The position numbers and the translations under genes were made by a program. Positions 11,139 to 26,871 of a stretch of DNA of 64,000 bases are shown here, piece by piece. This DNA is from Antedon mediterranea. Lineage: Eukaryota > Animalia > Echinodermata. The notes below the pieces were generated by a model, which saw nothing but the letters and a program-made list of their open reading frames with translations, did not search any database and was not told where the DNA came from. The stretch lies in NCBI RefSeq assembly GCF_964355755.1, contig NC_092679.1:20629432-20693431 (forward strand), in the 5' to 3' direction. Numbering within the stretch: the first letter of the stretch is position 1; each line of letters starts with the position of its first letter.

Positions 11139-14100
11139 CTAACTTTCTATTGTTAGTTCATGCATTTCAACATCGTCAAATTCGGCATTCATTAGGGCTT
11201 CTAATCTTGTAAAGTCTTTCTTCTGAAAAATTAATAAATATAATTACATTAAAGATGATATTGTCCCCTAAACAAATTTTTTTGTCGAATATGCCATTTT
11301 AATGTCAGGTAATAGTTTGACCAAAAACTGGATCGAAAAAAAAATTATTTACCTGAAAAAATGTAAAGCAAAAAATACTTACATTTTCAGACAATTGGTT
11401 TTTGGTTAATATCAAAATTTTCTGTTATTAAGATTTTTTTTTTTTTACAGAAGTGAAAAACTTTATTAAAACTGCGAAATGGCCTATTTAAAATCTGATT
11501 TTAATAACCTTAATTGTTCATGTTTTTGAGGGACAATACATCTTTACATTATTAGATCCAATTAAATAACACTACTCCTACACCTTCTTATAAGAACCCA
11601 ATTAAAAGCATTTTTAGACACAAATCAGATAAGTATAGTACTCATACAGTGGCAGGAATCCAGCATTTTGTAATAGAGTGGATGGGGTTGGGGGACAGAG
11701 TGGATGGGGTTGGGGGACAGAGTGGATGGGGTTGGGGGACAGAGTGGATGGGGTTGGGGGACAGAGTGGATGGGGTTGGGGGACAGAGTGGATGGGGTTG
11801 GGGGACAGAGTGGATGGGGTTGGGGGACAGAGCCTACAAATATTAAAATTTCAAAAACAATATAACAACTTACAGGTTTCACTTTAGGCTTCTTTATCTT
11901 TTTATTATCCTCACTGCTATAGCTACATAATTGACTGACATCCAATTCCAACGGCCTTTTATTCTTCGATCTCTTTGACAACTTTGATTCAGATATTGAT
12001 GACGACACCTCTCTAGAACTCATCTGGAAGGATTCTTTGTCTATTGAGCACTCAAAAGACGAAGCAGTATTCGATGTCTGTCAGACAATGGTTTTGGTTA
12101 ATATTAAACGTTTCTGTTATTAATTTTTTTTTTTTTTTTACAGAAGTGAATAACTTTATTAAAACGTCAAACTGGCCTACCGTATTTAAAATCTGATTTT
12201 ATTAATTTTCATTTTTCATGTTTTTGGGGGACAATACATCTTTAATTATTAGATCCAATTAAATAACACTACTCCTACACCTTCTTATAAGAACCCAATT
12301 AAAAGCATTTTTAGACACAAATCAGATAAGTATAGTACTCATACAGTGGCAGGAATCCAGCATTTTGTAATAGAGTGGATGGGGTTGGGGGACAGAGCCT
12401 ACAAATATTAAAAGTTTAAAAAACAATATAACAACTTACAGGTTTCACTTTTGGCTTCTTCATCTTTTTATTATCCTCACTGCTATAGCTACATAATAGA
12501 CTGACATCCAATTCCAGCGGCCTTTTATTCTTCGATCTCTTTGACTTTGACTCAGATATTGATGACGACACCTCTCTAGAACTCATCTGGAAAGATTCTT
12601 TGTCTATTGAGCCCTCATAAGACGAAGCAGTATTCGATGTCAAAGGAACAACTGGAGAGATCAAAAGAGGTTCTGGAGATCCAATGTTTTCAAATCCAAA
12701 GCAGGAATCATCAAACGGATTTTTACCGCTTCTGGTCGAAGCTGGAGTGGAAGTGTCTGACGCCGGAAGCTTTGGCAGGAAGGAAAAATGTCCGCTTTTT
12801 GTGGGAGGAGTTACGTAGAAGCCACTATCAGGAGGCGACTGTAAGGATAAACTTCCACACTCCATGGAAATATAATCGGAACAGCGAATTGATTCTTTCC
12901 GAGACTTCTTTTCTGAACACTGTTCCTTAGTTCCGTCACCGACATCTGAATTTTGCGACTCTGGAGAAAAAGTTAATGCTTCGCAATCCATAGAATTTAT
13001 TTCGGAGGAAGAAGCATTTTCCTTTTTATAAATTCTTGTTTTATCTCGGTTTGGGTTACTGGCATCAGATTGCGTGTTACAATCTGTGCTACTGCTCTTA
13101 GGCCATCCCACCATCCTTTTTTTATATGTTATCTGTCCTGGCTTTTTGCAAAACCCGGATTGTAATGTTTTTGTGGGTTGTTTCGGTTGCGAATTCTGCT
13201 TTCCTTTGGTCGTTTTCCTTTGAGCTAAAAAAGCAACAAAGACTGGTTAAAAGGGTCTGTTTTTGCTGCAAGCAAATATCCTATTAACTACCATGTCAAT
13301 CATCTTCAATTTCTTAAGCTCTATCTACACTATAAAACTGTGTGTCAAAAAATGTGATGGACACGATAACATATCACTACCATATTTGGGCATATCACTA
13401 CCATATTTGGCCATATCACTACCATATTTGGGCATATCACTACCATATTTGGCATCACACTTTTTTTTGCAGTGTAAACAGAGCTTTAGAAGCAGTAATG
13501 AAAAAAATTCAGGTAACCACTAAAATTGCATCCTAAAATTAACGGTTGAAAACTAAACAATCAATGTATTGCACATTGGAGTACTTCTTAACAAGTTTAA
13601 ATAATTACAATGAAAAATAGCCAAGTATTTGATTGACATCAGGAATAAACATTATTGATTTCGCTTCTCTATTTGGCTTTCTCCGACGACAAAGACGAAA
13701 ATACCACTTATTAGAAAGAAAAATTACTCATACTTTTTATTTTAATATTAAAATAAAATTTTAATTAACAAAAAAATGGTTATTTGAACATATTCTAAAC
13801 AACAACCAAAAGAAAAAGTTAATGATTTTTGTTTGTTTTACCTGGTTGTTTTTTTGGTCCTCTTTTGGAATTCTTCTTTGAATTTGTTTCCATTTCACAT
13901 GCCGAGTTCTGACTTTCCATATCTGTTGTACTGTATTCCAAGTCAGCATCATAAGGATCAAAAACCTGTAGAAAAAAAAAAACATTAATAAGGCCAAATA
14001 AAAAAACATACTTGTTAAGCGTCAGCGCCCGCTCCTGATTATCCAGCCGCCTCTCTTTTTTTTTTTTTTTTTTTTTTACCGATATACAACGGAAAGTTCA

Positions 14101-16212
14101 GCGGCCCGGCCCAGCTCCAGAGTAGGGCTCGAAATTTACGCTAGCAAACTAGCATTTTGCTAGTAGATTCTTCATAATTGCTAGTTAAAAATTTCAAAAC
14201 TAGCAAATGTTTGTTAGGCTAGTGTAATTTTTTGAAAAATACGTACTTTTTTATCTTAGCCAACGCTAGCCGCCGATCGCTCTATGTCGACAACGGCAAT
14301 TTGGTGAAAACAATTGTTTCATTTACACGCCGCCGATTTACGTCAAGGAAACGCGAATAGCACCGTGAATCATGTAATGTGGTAAACAGCAGGCTTTTTC
14401 CCCAACACATTAAATCATGTGCATTTAGTACGTCGCTGAGGATTACATCATCAGTCACGTGATTACAGAATACGCGATTATCAATTTAGGGAATTAACGA
14501 AATAAATATTTTGCCTACACAGTGGTCGAAGCGCGTTTTTATATAGGTTCGTAAATAGGAAACACCCCATACATAATGGACTCTACCAATTTTTTTTACG
14601 ATGATCTCGCGCTCGAGATCGGCACACCACGAGGTCCTGTTGGGCGATGGGTTTCCATGCCTGGTTTACCTGTGGAATAACAAATTGGCAAAGGATTCAT
14701 CAAAGAAGAATGAATACGTTGAATAAAAATTCACTTAAGAAATGCCGTAAGCTGTTTTCAAACTATAAATCAGCCCACTACTATTTAGTATTATTGAGAC
14801 CAAATCATGCTTCTCGCGATAGGGAATTTCTCCTGGATAGATGAGTCGAGTGAGTGAGGCGGGGGTAGCAGCTTGGACGAATTAGTTAGCCTAGGGCCTA
14901 CAATTTCGCTTGGTGGCATTTAAATTCAATGTTTTAATTACGTCTGGATATAAACAATACAAAACTCAATTTTGTCATAGGCAATAATATTTCATACATA
15001 GTCAATTTTGTTCTGTTTCGCATTTTAAAAGTTTGACGTTTCGTCCTAAAAAAAGTGGGCCAAAACGTCCACCGCGCAAAAATATACCTCCATAAAAAGT
15101 AAAAAAAAAAAAAAAAAAAACCGTCCCCCCGCCCCTGAAAATTTATGAGGGTGTGACGCTTAACAAGTATATTTTTTTATTTGGCCTAAATCAGTGTTCA
15201 TTCAAATTTGTGTTGCACCTTAGTGGGAAACAAGATTTAGTAGCTTTAATTTAATGTAGAAACACAAAATAACTTACTTTTTGTTTCTTTTTACTATTTT
15301 CTTTTTCATTCTCTGTATCTGTGCTCGATTTCTAGGAGGAAAAAAAGTTCATAGGCTAGGCTATATTAAATAATTCAAAATTGTGTGTTTCCTTTAACAT
15401 TGCATAGGCTTTGAATAGTCATTTACCAGTAAATATTTGTTTGCCAATTTTGCTACTATTTCTTGAGCAGAACAAGAATCCATTTCTTCATTTGATGATG
15501 AACCTAAAAGAAAATTAATAATACAATAGTTAATAAATGACTTTGAAAACATAAATTAACTTAAAGTAAACAATATTTGGTGTGGTGTCCCCCAACAATC
15601 ATGTTATAATATTATTATAATAATAAGCTTTATTTATTCACAGAGAAACTTAACTCAACTAAAAGTTGTTTTACAGTAGGCAATACTAACTTAAACAAAT
15701 ACAAGAAAGTAGGTTTGTAGGCTCTACAGAAAAAAAGACATTGATTAAATTAATCTTATAGCCTGTTTTCCTGTACTGTAGATAACATTACATTACTGTG
15801 AGTTGCGTTTTATAACGATGATCGAGCCAGATCGCTAATATTTACACATTTTTATGCGATCGCTGAGCATATGATGATATAGGCCTAGGCCTAGCTAGCC
15901 TAGTTTCTTCATCAACAGGAAAACAGGCTTTAATTAAGCAAAATATCAATATAGGCCTAACAATTGAAAAAATGGAATAAAATAACATTAACAATAAAAA
16001 AGAAAATGATACATTCTACTGTACTAGCCTACTAGGCCTAGCCAATGCAAGGAGGGGTAGGCTACTAGGGGCCTAGTATTAGGCCTAGGTAGGCTAGGCC
16101 TAGGGCCTAGGCCTAGCTACAAAATGAAAAATAATTTCAACATTCACTTGCCTTTGACAACCTTTTGTCTCGTTCTCAGTTCAGCTCGTGTACGTCGTTG
16201 TTTTTGAGGCAT
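11139..16212 (-). CDS. CDCA5: Sororin (~394 aa; exons 16212-16152, 15503-15427, 15331-15278, 13965-13842, 13224-12440, 11222-11139)
   Basis: Exon phases join into one frame starting MPQKQRRTRAELRTRQK. KEN box (DTENEKENSK), FGF motif (DDSCFGFENIGSPE), S/T-P sites, and C-terminal LEALMNAEFDDVEMHELTIES* resembling the sororin C-terminal MNAEF motif. Intron 1 needs a GC donor. Confidence 0.85.
11387..12638. repeat. Local tandem duplication (11387-12078 vs 12081-12638) including the 3' part of sororin exon 5 and its donor
   Basis: Both units start tcagacaat(t)ggtttt and end ...gaagcagtattcgatgtc. Both encode SSREVSSSISESK..KPKVKP followed by GTAAGT. Confidence 0.9.
11675..11832 (+). repeat. 22-bp G-rich minisatellite, 7 perfect copies
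   Basis: (AGAGTGGATGGGGTTGGGGGAC)x7 plus AGAG; only one unit in the paralogous segment at ~12372-12397. Confidence 0.95.
13317..13485. mobile_element. PIF/Harbinger-like MITE family with internal 21-bp subrepeats
   Basis: TIR AGCTCTGTCTACACTATCAAACT with TWA-type flanks and internal repeats of ATATCACTACCATATTTGGGC. Other copies at ~21222-21352, 27627-27832, 29224-29355, 32424-32460, 32552-32711, 37844-38007, 40143-40333, 45971-46150 and 47838-47992. Confidence 0.75.
13992..15186. mobile_element. Non-autonomous DNA transposon with ~32-bp TIR and TAA target-site duplication (Harbinger/ISL2EU-like)
   Basis: taa|GGCCAAATAAAAAAACATACTTGTTAAGCGTCA ... TGACGCTTAACAAGTATATTTTTTTATTTGGCC|taa. A related element lies at ~52745-53257. 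Confidence 0.75.
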
Positions 16213-17870
16213 TTTTAGGCGAAAATTTGTTATAATTTCGTTTGCAAATATACAGAATGTTACATATCTTTAGGAGTAAATCCTATCATTCTCTACACAT
16301 TCAGTCTCTCCGGGCTTATAACTCTTTTTCTTCGGTGGTTTCCTTTGGGTTGTTCTTCCTCTCCTCTGTTGTGTGACGTGCCTAGCCGTGTCTCGCGAGT
16401 CGTTTTAAAATGGGCGCCTTGTTAAGAAATTGCCAGAAATAGACAAAACCCACCAACATGTAATATATACAATTTTAAAATATAAACTGATAAAAAATAT
16501 TTATTACAAATATTAGTAAATACATTATTTCAATTTTGTTATTTTAAACAATTTGATAAGAATATTTAAATAATTTCATGTAAAAAAAGCTGATATTGTT
16601 TAATGCAATGAACTGGCAATTTTAAGAGAATTGGGAAAAACCCTAAATTATAAATTTTGAAAACGACGTACGACATACGGAAAAAGGAAGGTAAAAATAC
16701 ATTATTAAAATCATTTATTATCAATGAAAATCTTCATTTTTTTATGTCTACTATTTATTTTTGTTCCACTAACTTTGTTGATAATACAATATAAGTTGTT
16801 ATGATACGTTTGTTATGCGTATGTTTTCAAGCTTTTGTCTAGGCCTAGCTAGGCAGGCCTAGCCTAGCTAGGCCTAATGCCTATAGAGGGGCCTAGCCTA
16901 GTCAGCAGGGTCCGGAACTCTAGAGCTAGGCTAGGCCTACTACTAGCTAGGCCTCCCTCTAGCTACTCTGTACGGTGTAAACTGCCAGTGGTTGGGCTTT
17001 TTCAAGTCAGTGTAATATAAAAAGCAGGTGTTATGCGCGATTTGAACGATTTGCGCAATTTAAAATTGCGCAAAAAAATCCTTGCGCAATTTAAAATTGC
17101 GCAATCAACTTGCGCAATTTCAAATTGCGCAAGAAAATCTTTGCGCAATTTTAAATTGCGCTGCACAATTTGTAAATTGCGCAAGATAGTTCTTGCGCAA
17201 TATGACACCTTTGCGCAATTTGAAAACGAACTGTAAATTTTCCCATACATGGCTATAGGCTAGGCCTAGGCAGAGGAGTTTAAAATTTAGTATTTTATTA
17301 TATAAATAAGACCATTTCAATGAAGATAATGTTTAATACTCACTTTTTAAGTTTTTAATATTAGTTTAAGCTAGGCCATGTAACCTAGTCAGTATCAGTA
17401 GTCCAGACCTCTAGCTAGGCTAGAGTAGTATAGCCGGCCGCCCGCCCCGCGCCCGCCTGGTGGAACACCACCGCTTCGTTTTCCTTCGTCTGTTCTTCGA
17501 CGGTATGCTAACTTATAACAATATTTGCACTACTAAAATAAGGAAATGCGATATTTATCTTTAAATTTGAATCATTCTTAGAAATTACTATAAAAATATG
17601 GGTGTACATGATTTCACAATCTGTCGAAAAACCTTGCGCAATTTGCAGATTACTTGCGCAATTTAATACGTTGCTTGCGCAATTTGAAACACATGTTTCA
17701 ATTCAAATTGCGCAAGGATTTTTTTTGCGCAATTTCAAATTGCGCAAATCGTTCAAATCGCGCATAACACAGGCCTAGTAGCCGCCTACTAGGTCCTTTT
17801 CACTTCCATCTACGTTTGTCCAATTTGTTGATTCTGTACACACACAGCCAGTCTAAAATATGCAACATGT
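16213..17870. promoter_or_regulatory. Divergent (head-to-head) promoter region of sororin and BAF copy 2
   Basis: Opposed gene starts; TGACGT and TCTCGCGAG motifs at ~16374-16399; ETS-like CACTTCC at 17801 (CACTTCCG at ~7296 in the paralog); TAGGCCTA clusters. Confidence 0.5.
17029..17769. mobile_element. Non-autonomous DNA transposon with TGT...ACA ends, 4-bp TSD CAGG and long TIRs rich in TTGCGCAA (Ginger-like)
   Basis: cagg|TGTTATGCGCGATTTGAACGATTTGCGCAATTT ... AAATTGCGCAAATCGTTCAAATCGCGCATAACA|cagg; absent from the paralogous BAF copy 1 promoter. Confidence 0.75.
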
Positions 17871-18144
17871 TTCTATTTTAATTTATTAAATAATTATCCA
17901 TAATAAATATAATTATCCATATAGGCCTAGGCCTATATATTAAATACATTAATTATTTAATAACAATTATATTTATAATTAGGCCTAGGCCTAGTTATAT
18001 TTGTATGTTTTGTGAGTGCAAATCAATAGTATTCCTTTTTAAAGTATTGTTCCATTTACTCTAAATTCCAATCAGAAATTTCAAATAAGTAGGTGCAATG
18101 ATTTATATATTTTGTCTAGAATTTGTAGTAATAACATAATCATA

Positions 18145-18810
18145 ATGTCAACCACAACATCAAAGAAACACCGAGATTTTACTGGTGAACCCATGGGAGA
18201 GAAACCTGTGACAGATTTAGCTGGAATTGGCAATGCGTTGGGAACAAGGTTGGAAGATGCAGGCTTTAATAAGGTATACAGAGTTCACCAAATAAGCTCT
18301 CAGAACATGGAAGAGGAACATCAGTTTCCCCTGGTTTTAGTTAAATTATTTTCAAATTAAATTCAAGAAAATTTAACAGTTTGTTATTGTGTAACGGCTG
18401 TGAGTCCTCACTGGCTAAAACCCAGGGAGATAAAAAGGCATTCAAATATGTTGAAAAAGACTAAGGATGGCTAAGGCCTACAGTGTTGAAGGGCCTGCCA
18501 CTTAGTTAGAGTTCCTAAACAAGTGGCCTCTGTGTTATGCCACTGCTGCCCAACAGGCTCCCTCTACAAACAGATAAATGTCGTACCGCTAATAACTATT
18601 CAAAGTTCACACAACTTTATAAATAAGCATAATTTCAGTTGTTTTGCTTCCTTTCTTTTGCAGGCATATGTTGTACTAGGCCAGTTCTTGATTTTGCAAA
18701 AAAACAAGGAGTTGTTCACAGATTGGCTGAACACGACCACGGGTGCCAATAGCAAGCAACAGACTGACTGTTACAATTGCCTCAAAGAGTGGTGCGATGC
18801 CTTCCTTTGA
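18145..18810 (+). CDS. BANF1: Barrier-to-autointegration factor, copy 2 (91 aa; exons 18145-18273, 18664-18810)
   Basis: [43 protein letters not shown]|[48 protein letters not shown]; same intron position and phase as copy 1. Confidence 0.96.
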
Positions 18811-19934
18811 ATCAGACATTTGATACATATTACCTTATTGATTCGGATTCAATCAACCGTAATTAATTAATATGTTTTTATATTATTCCTTCGCTAATTT
18901 CAATTTTTATAGAACAACTGACAAGTGTAAACACTTTAGAAGAACATTACATTGAATTTATAAATAAGAAAAGGGCTTATTTAATAATATAAACAATTAG
19001 TGTTAATAGCTTTAGCAATTCTTCAATGTTATACTCTGACCGGTGGGAAACTGCAAAAATGTCACTATATTCTGCCCTTGTTATTGCGCACATGCTTTGA
19101 TATGTTTAGGGCCTGTTCACACTACAAAAAAAACCCCAGATATATATTTAGGACTTATTCATTTCTATAGAAACTGCAGAATTGTATATTCATCAATGTA
19201 TTGAAATTTAACATATAGTTGTACTGTATTTGTATATTAACATGACTGTCAGTAGTTTGAGTATAATTAGAAAAAATTGAATTAATAATACTGTGATTGT
19301 TAATTGCCATAAAAATGACCAAAAGAAAAATTATGGTGTACCGTATTTACACATTTAAGGTGTTGGTTCGATCATTTTTAAATCTTCCATTGTGTTTTGG
19401 GGGATTTATAACATTGCTGAATTCTTCCCAAACAATATTTTCAAATAATTGTAAAAATGACAATAGTATTGATTGTATGTAGAAAAACTAGTGAATAAAA
19501 ATTGATGCTTTGCTATAAATTGTTCGCAGTTTGTGGATTCTTATTTAGGTGAATTGTTGTTTCTTGACAATTAGAAAAAACTAACTCTCCGAATAACAGA
19601 CTTTTTGAAAACTACAAACTTCTAACAAAAGTCAGTTCTCTGGCTATAGCTTTGTCTCCAGCCTTTGTTAACAATGTCAAGAATTCAGAACAAAATATAA
19701 ATAATAAAATTCTATATTTAATTCTATCAATATTAGTGTCTTAACAAATTCAATAAACCATATAATTGTTAAATTACACAATAGCAGCATATATAAATTA
19801 ATACATCTTCAGTCATGTCATAAAAAATCGATATATTTTTCATATTAAATCAAGTTAATCAAGTTCATAAAATTGGAAGACGTCTCACAGAGCTGCACGG
19901 AAATTGCTCTTAATTTTAAAAATGAGTTTGTCAT

Positions 19935-20659
19935 TTATTGGTTAAAATCACTTTTCCCACCACTTTTATGCGTTAATTTAATATCGGCGATTGTGATGTC
20001 ATGCGTCACAGCCTTGCACATATCATACACTGTAAGGCTTGCGACAGAAACGGCCACAAGCGCTTCCATCTCTACTCCTGTTAGCCCGGTGGTTTTAGCC
20101 GTTGCCTCAACCATGACGCTCTTGGTATCTTCGTCCAGTTTAAGTGTCACAGATATTTTTGAGAGAGGAATATTATGGCATAATGGTATTAAGTTACTTG
20201 TATTTTTAGCTGCTAAAATACCCGCAACCTCACTAACGGTTAATACATCCCCTTTTGATAATTTGTTCTCTTTGAGAAGATCAAACGCTTTTCCCCCTAA
20301 CCATACTCGACCACTAGCTGTCGCAACACGTTCGGTTATATTCTTTCCCGATATATCTACCATTTTTGCTTTTCCGTGCTGGTCGACATGCGTCAGACTG
20401 ACATCTGCGTCGCCATCTTGTCCTGTGCTAAATGCGCGAGCACAATCTCCATTAATTATTGAATACGTAGCATAACTAAACATCCCTCCGACTTTGTGCG
20501 AAAATCTATCAAACAGTCTAGCACCAACTTTCATCATCATATAATTATTTTTTTTCACAGATGGTACATTTTCACAATACTTCAAAAAAGATAATTTTCT
20601 CTTCATCAGTAAAATATTTTCTGTATAATACATGGTTACGACTTCTATATAATATTTGC
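19935..20659 (-). CDS. MOCS1: MOCS1B (MoaC, cPMP synthase) terminal exon of MOCS1
   Basis: LTHVD..GKAKMVDIS.K..TERVATASG, KGDVL.V..VAGI.AAK.TS.LIPLCH, TGVEMEAL, TVYDMCKA, KSGGKS motifs. Acceptor ttttcag| at 20660-20661 is phase 1. Confidence 0.95.
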
Positions 20660-20995
20660 CTGAAAAAAAAAAGAAGATTCTAGATTAAAATAACTTTTGT
20701 TGGGGTAGTTTTTATGTTTGATGTAAGATAAATGTTAACGTTAAAAAAAATGTAATCTGAAAATGTGCAAAAAAAGTTTTAACCAAGTTTTTAAACAAAA
20801 CACAGAGAAAGAATTACCCTTTTTATATTGAGCTCGCTCAACTAACAGTTTTCCAATTCTTGTATATGGCTTTGTTAATCAAATGAATTTTCATTTAGAG
20901 GCTATGAGATATGATATTTTCATATATGGTTTTATATATTTGTTTTTTGAAATAAGACTATATTACGTTACATACACAATAAAATTATGATCCAT

Positions 20996-25856
<4,861 letters not shown>

Positions 25857-26871
25857 GATGAAAATAACATTAGCATAATATTAGATCGATCAGGTACCGT
25901 CTAAAAAACACGTTTATTTAGCTTAACCACAAGAGCAAAACATGGTCATATTTGATCCGCGGTGGTGGGGTGGGTGGAGCTCACACGTTGCGTGCGTCGT
26001 ATACCACCTGCACGCGCCCCGCCCACCAAATTTAACCACCACGGGTTAAAGTCTATTGTGAGTATATGATGTTGAAAAATATTTATCCCTCATTTTCAGA
26101 CCAAAAACACAACATAAAACACTATACCAACAACTGTATTTGCACTATAGTAACATCTTGTAATTCACATAAACAAGATTATGTAATATTATGATCTCTA
26201 AAATCATTTATTCATGTCATCTTTTTGACATGATTAATTTATACACATTTTTAAATAATAACATCGTATTACATATATATATATTGTATGCTACAAAAAA
26301 ATAATCTTTATATTTCAATGGTTTACAAACGAGATAATATAAATGTGTTACATGAGTTGTAACAAAATGCACTATCGCACATTTATTTTTAAAAATGTAT
26401 CAGCGTATAAAAAAAATAACAGGCATTACATTATTTCTTTAGAAGCAAAAATAGAATAAGTTTTAACCGAAAAATCAGTATTTTGCGTCAATTTCTGTAC
26501 TTTTCAGATTTAATTTCACATAACCGGACAAAAAAATGTAATATATATCCAGCAAAAGCGGGACTAGGATACCAGAGGAATTATTCACAGTTGCTTTGTA
26601 AAAAAAGTGTAGACAGTAGCCATGATTTTTATAACGGTAAACAATAGAGAAAAAAATATGTATCTGTTATAAGCTAGTATTTACAATCGCTGCTAGTTTG
26701 GGTTTGAAAGGGGTATTTTTAGCAAAAAGCAAGGTTTGTTTGTGCCACAACCCGCAATCTTTAGAATTGTAGTCAAGCTTAAAAAACATTTGTATTATAT
26801 ACAGCAATCATCACAGTCAGGTTCATTAAAAAACTGTTATACATTTAGAACTATTATAGGATAACCATTTT

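Noticed and set aside
11649-11887. Gly/Trp-rich and Pro-rich repetitive ORFs
   Set aside because: Translations of the 22-bp minisatellite.
13263-13536. SLPYLGI and YHYHIW repeat ORFs
   Set aside because: 21-bp subrepeats of the Harbinger-like MITE.
17002-17320. Overlapping short ORFs (LRNLKLRK...)
   Set aside because: Translations of the TTGCGCAA-repeat TIR of a transposon.
19873-20475. 200-aa plus-strand ORF
   Set aside because: Antisense shadow of the MOCS1B exon with no independent features.
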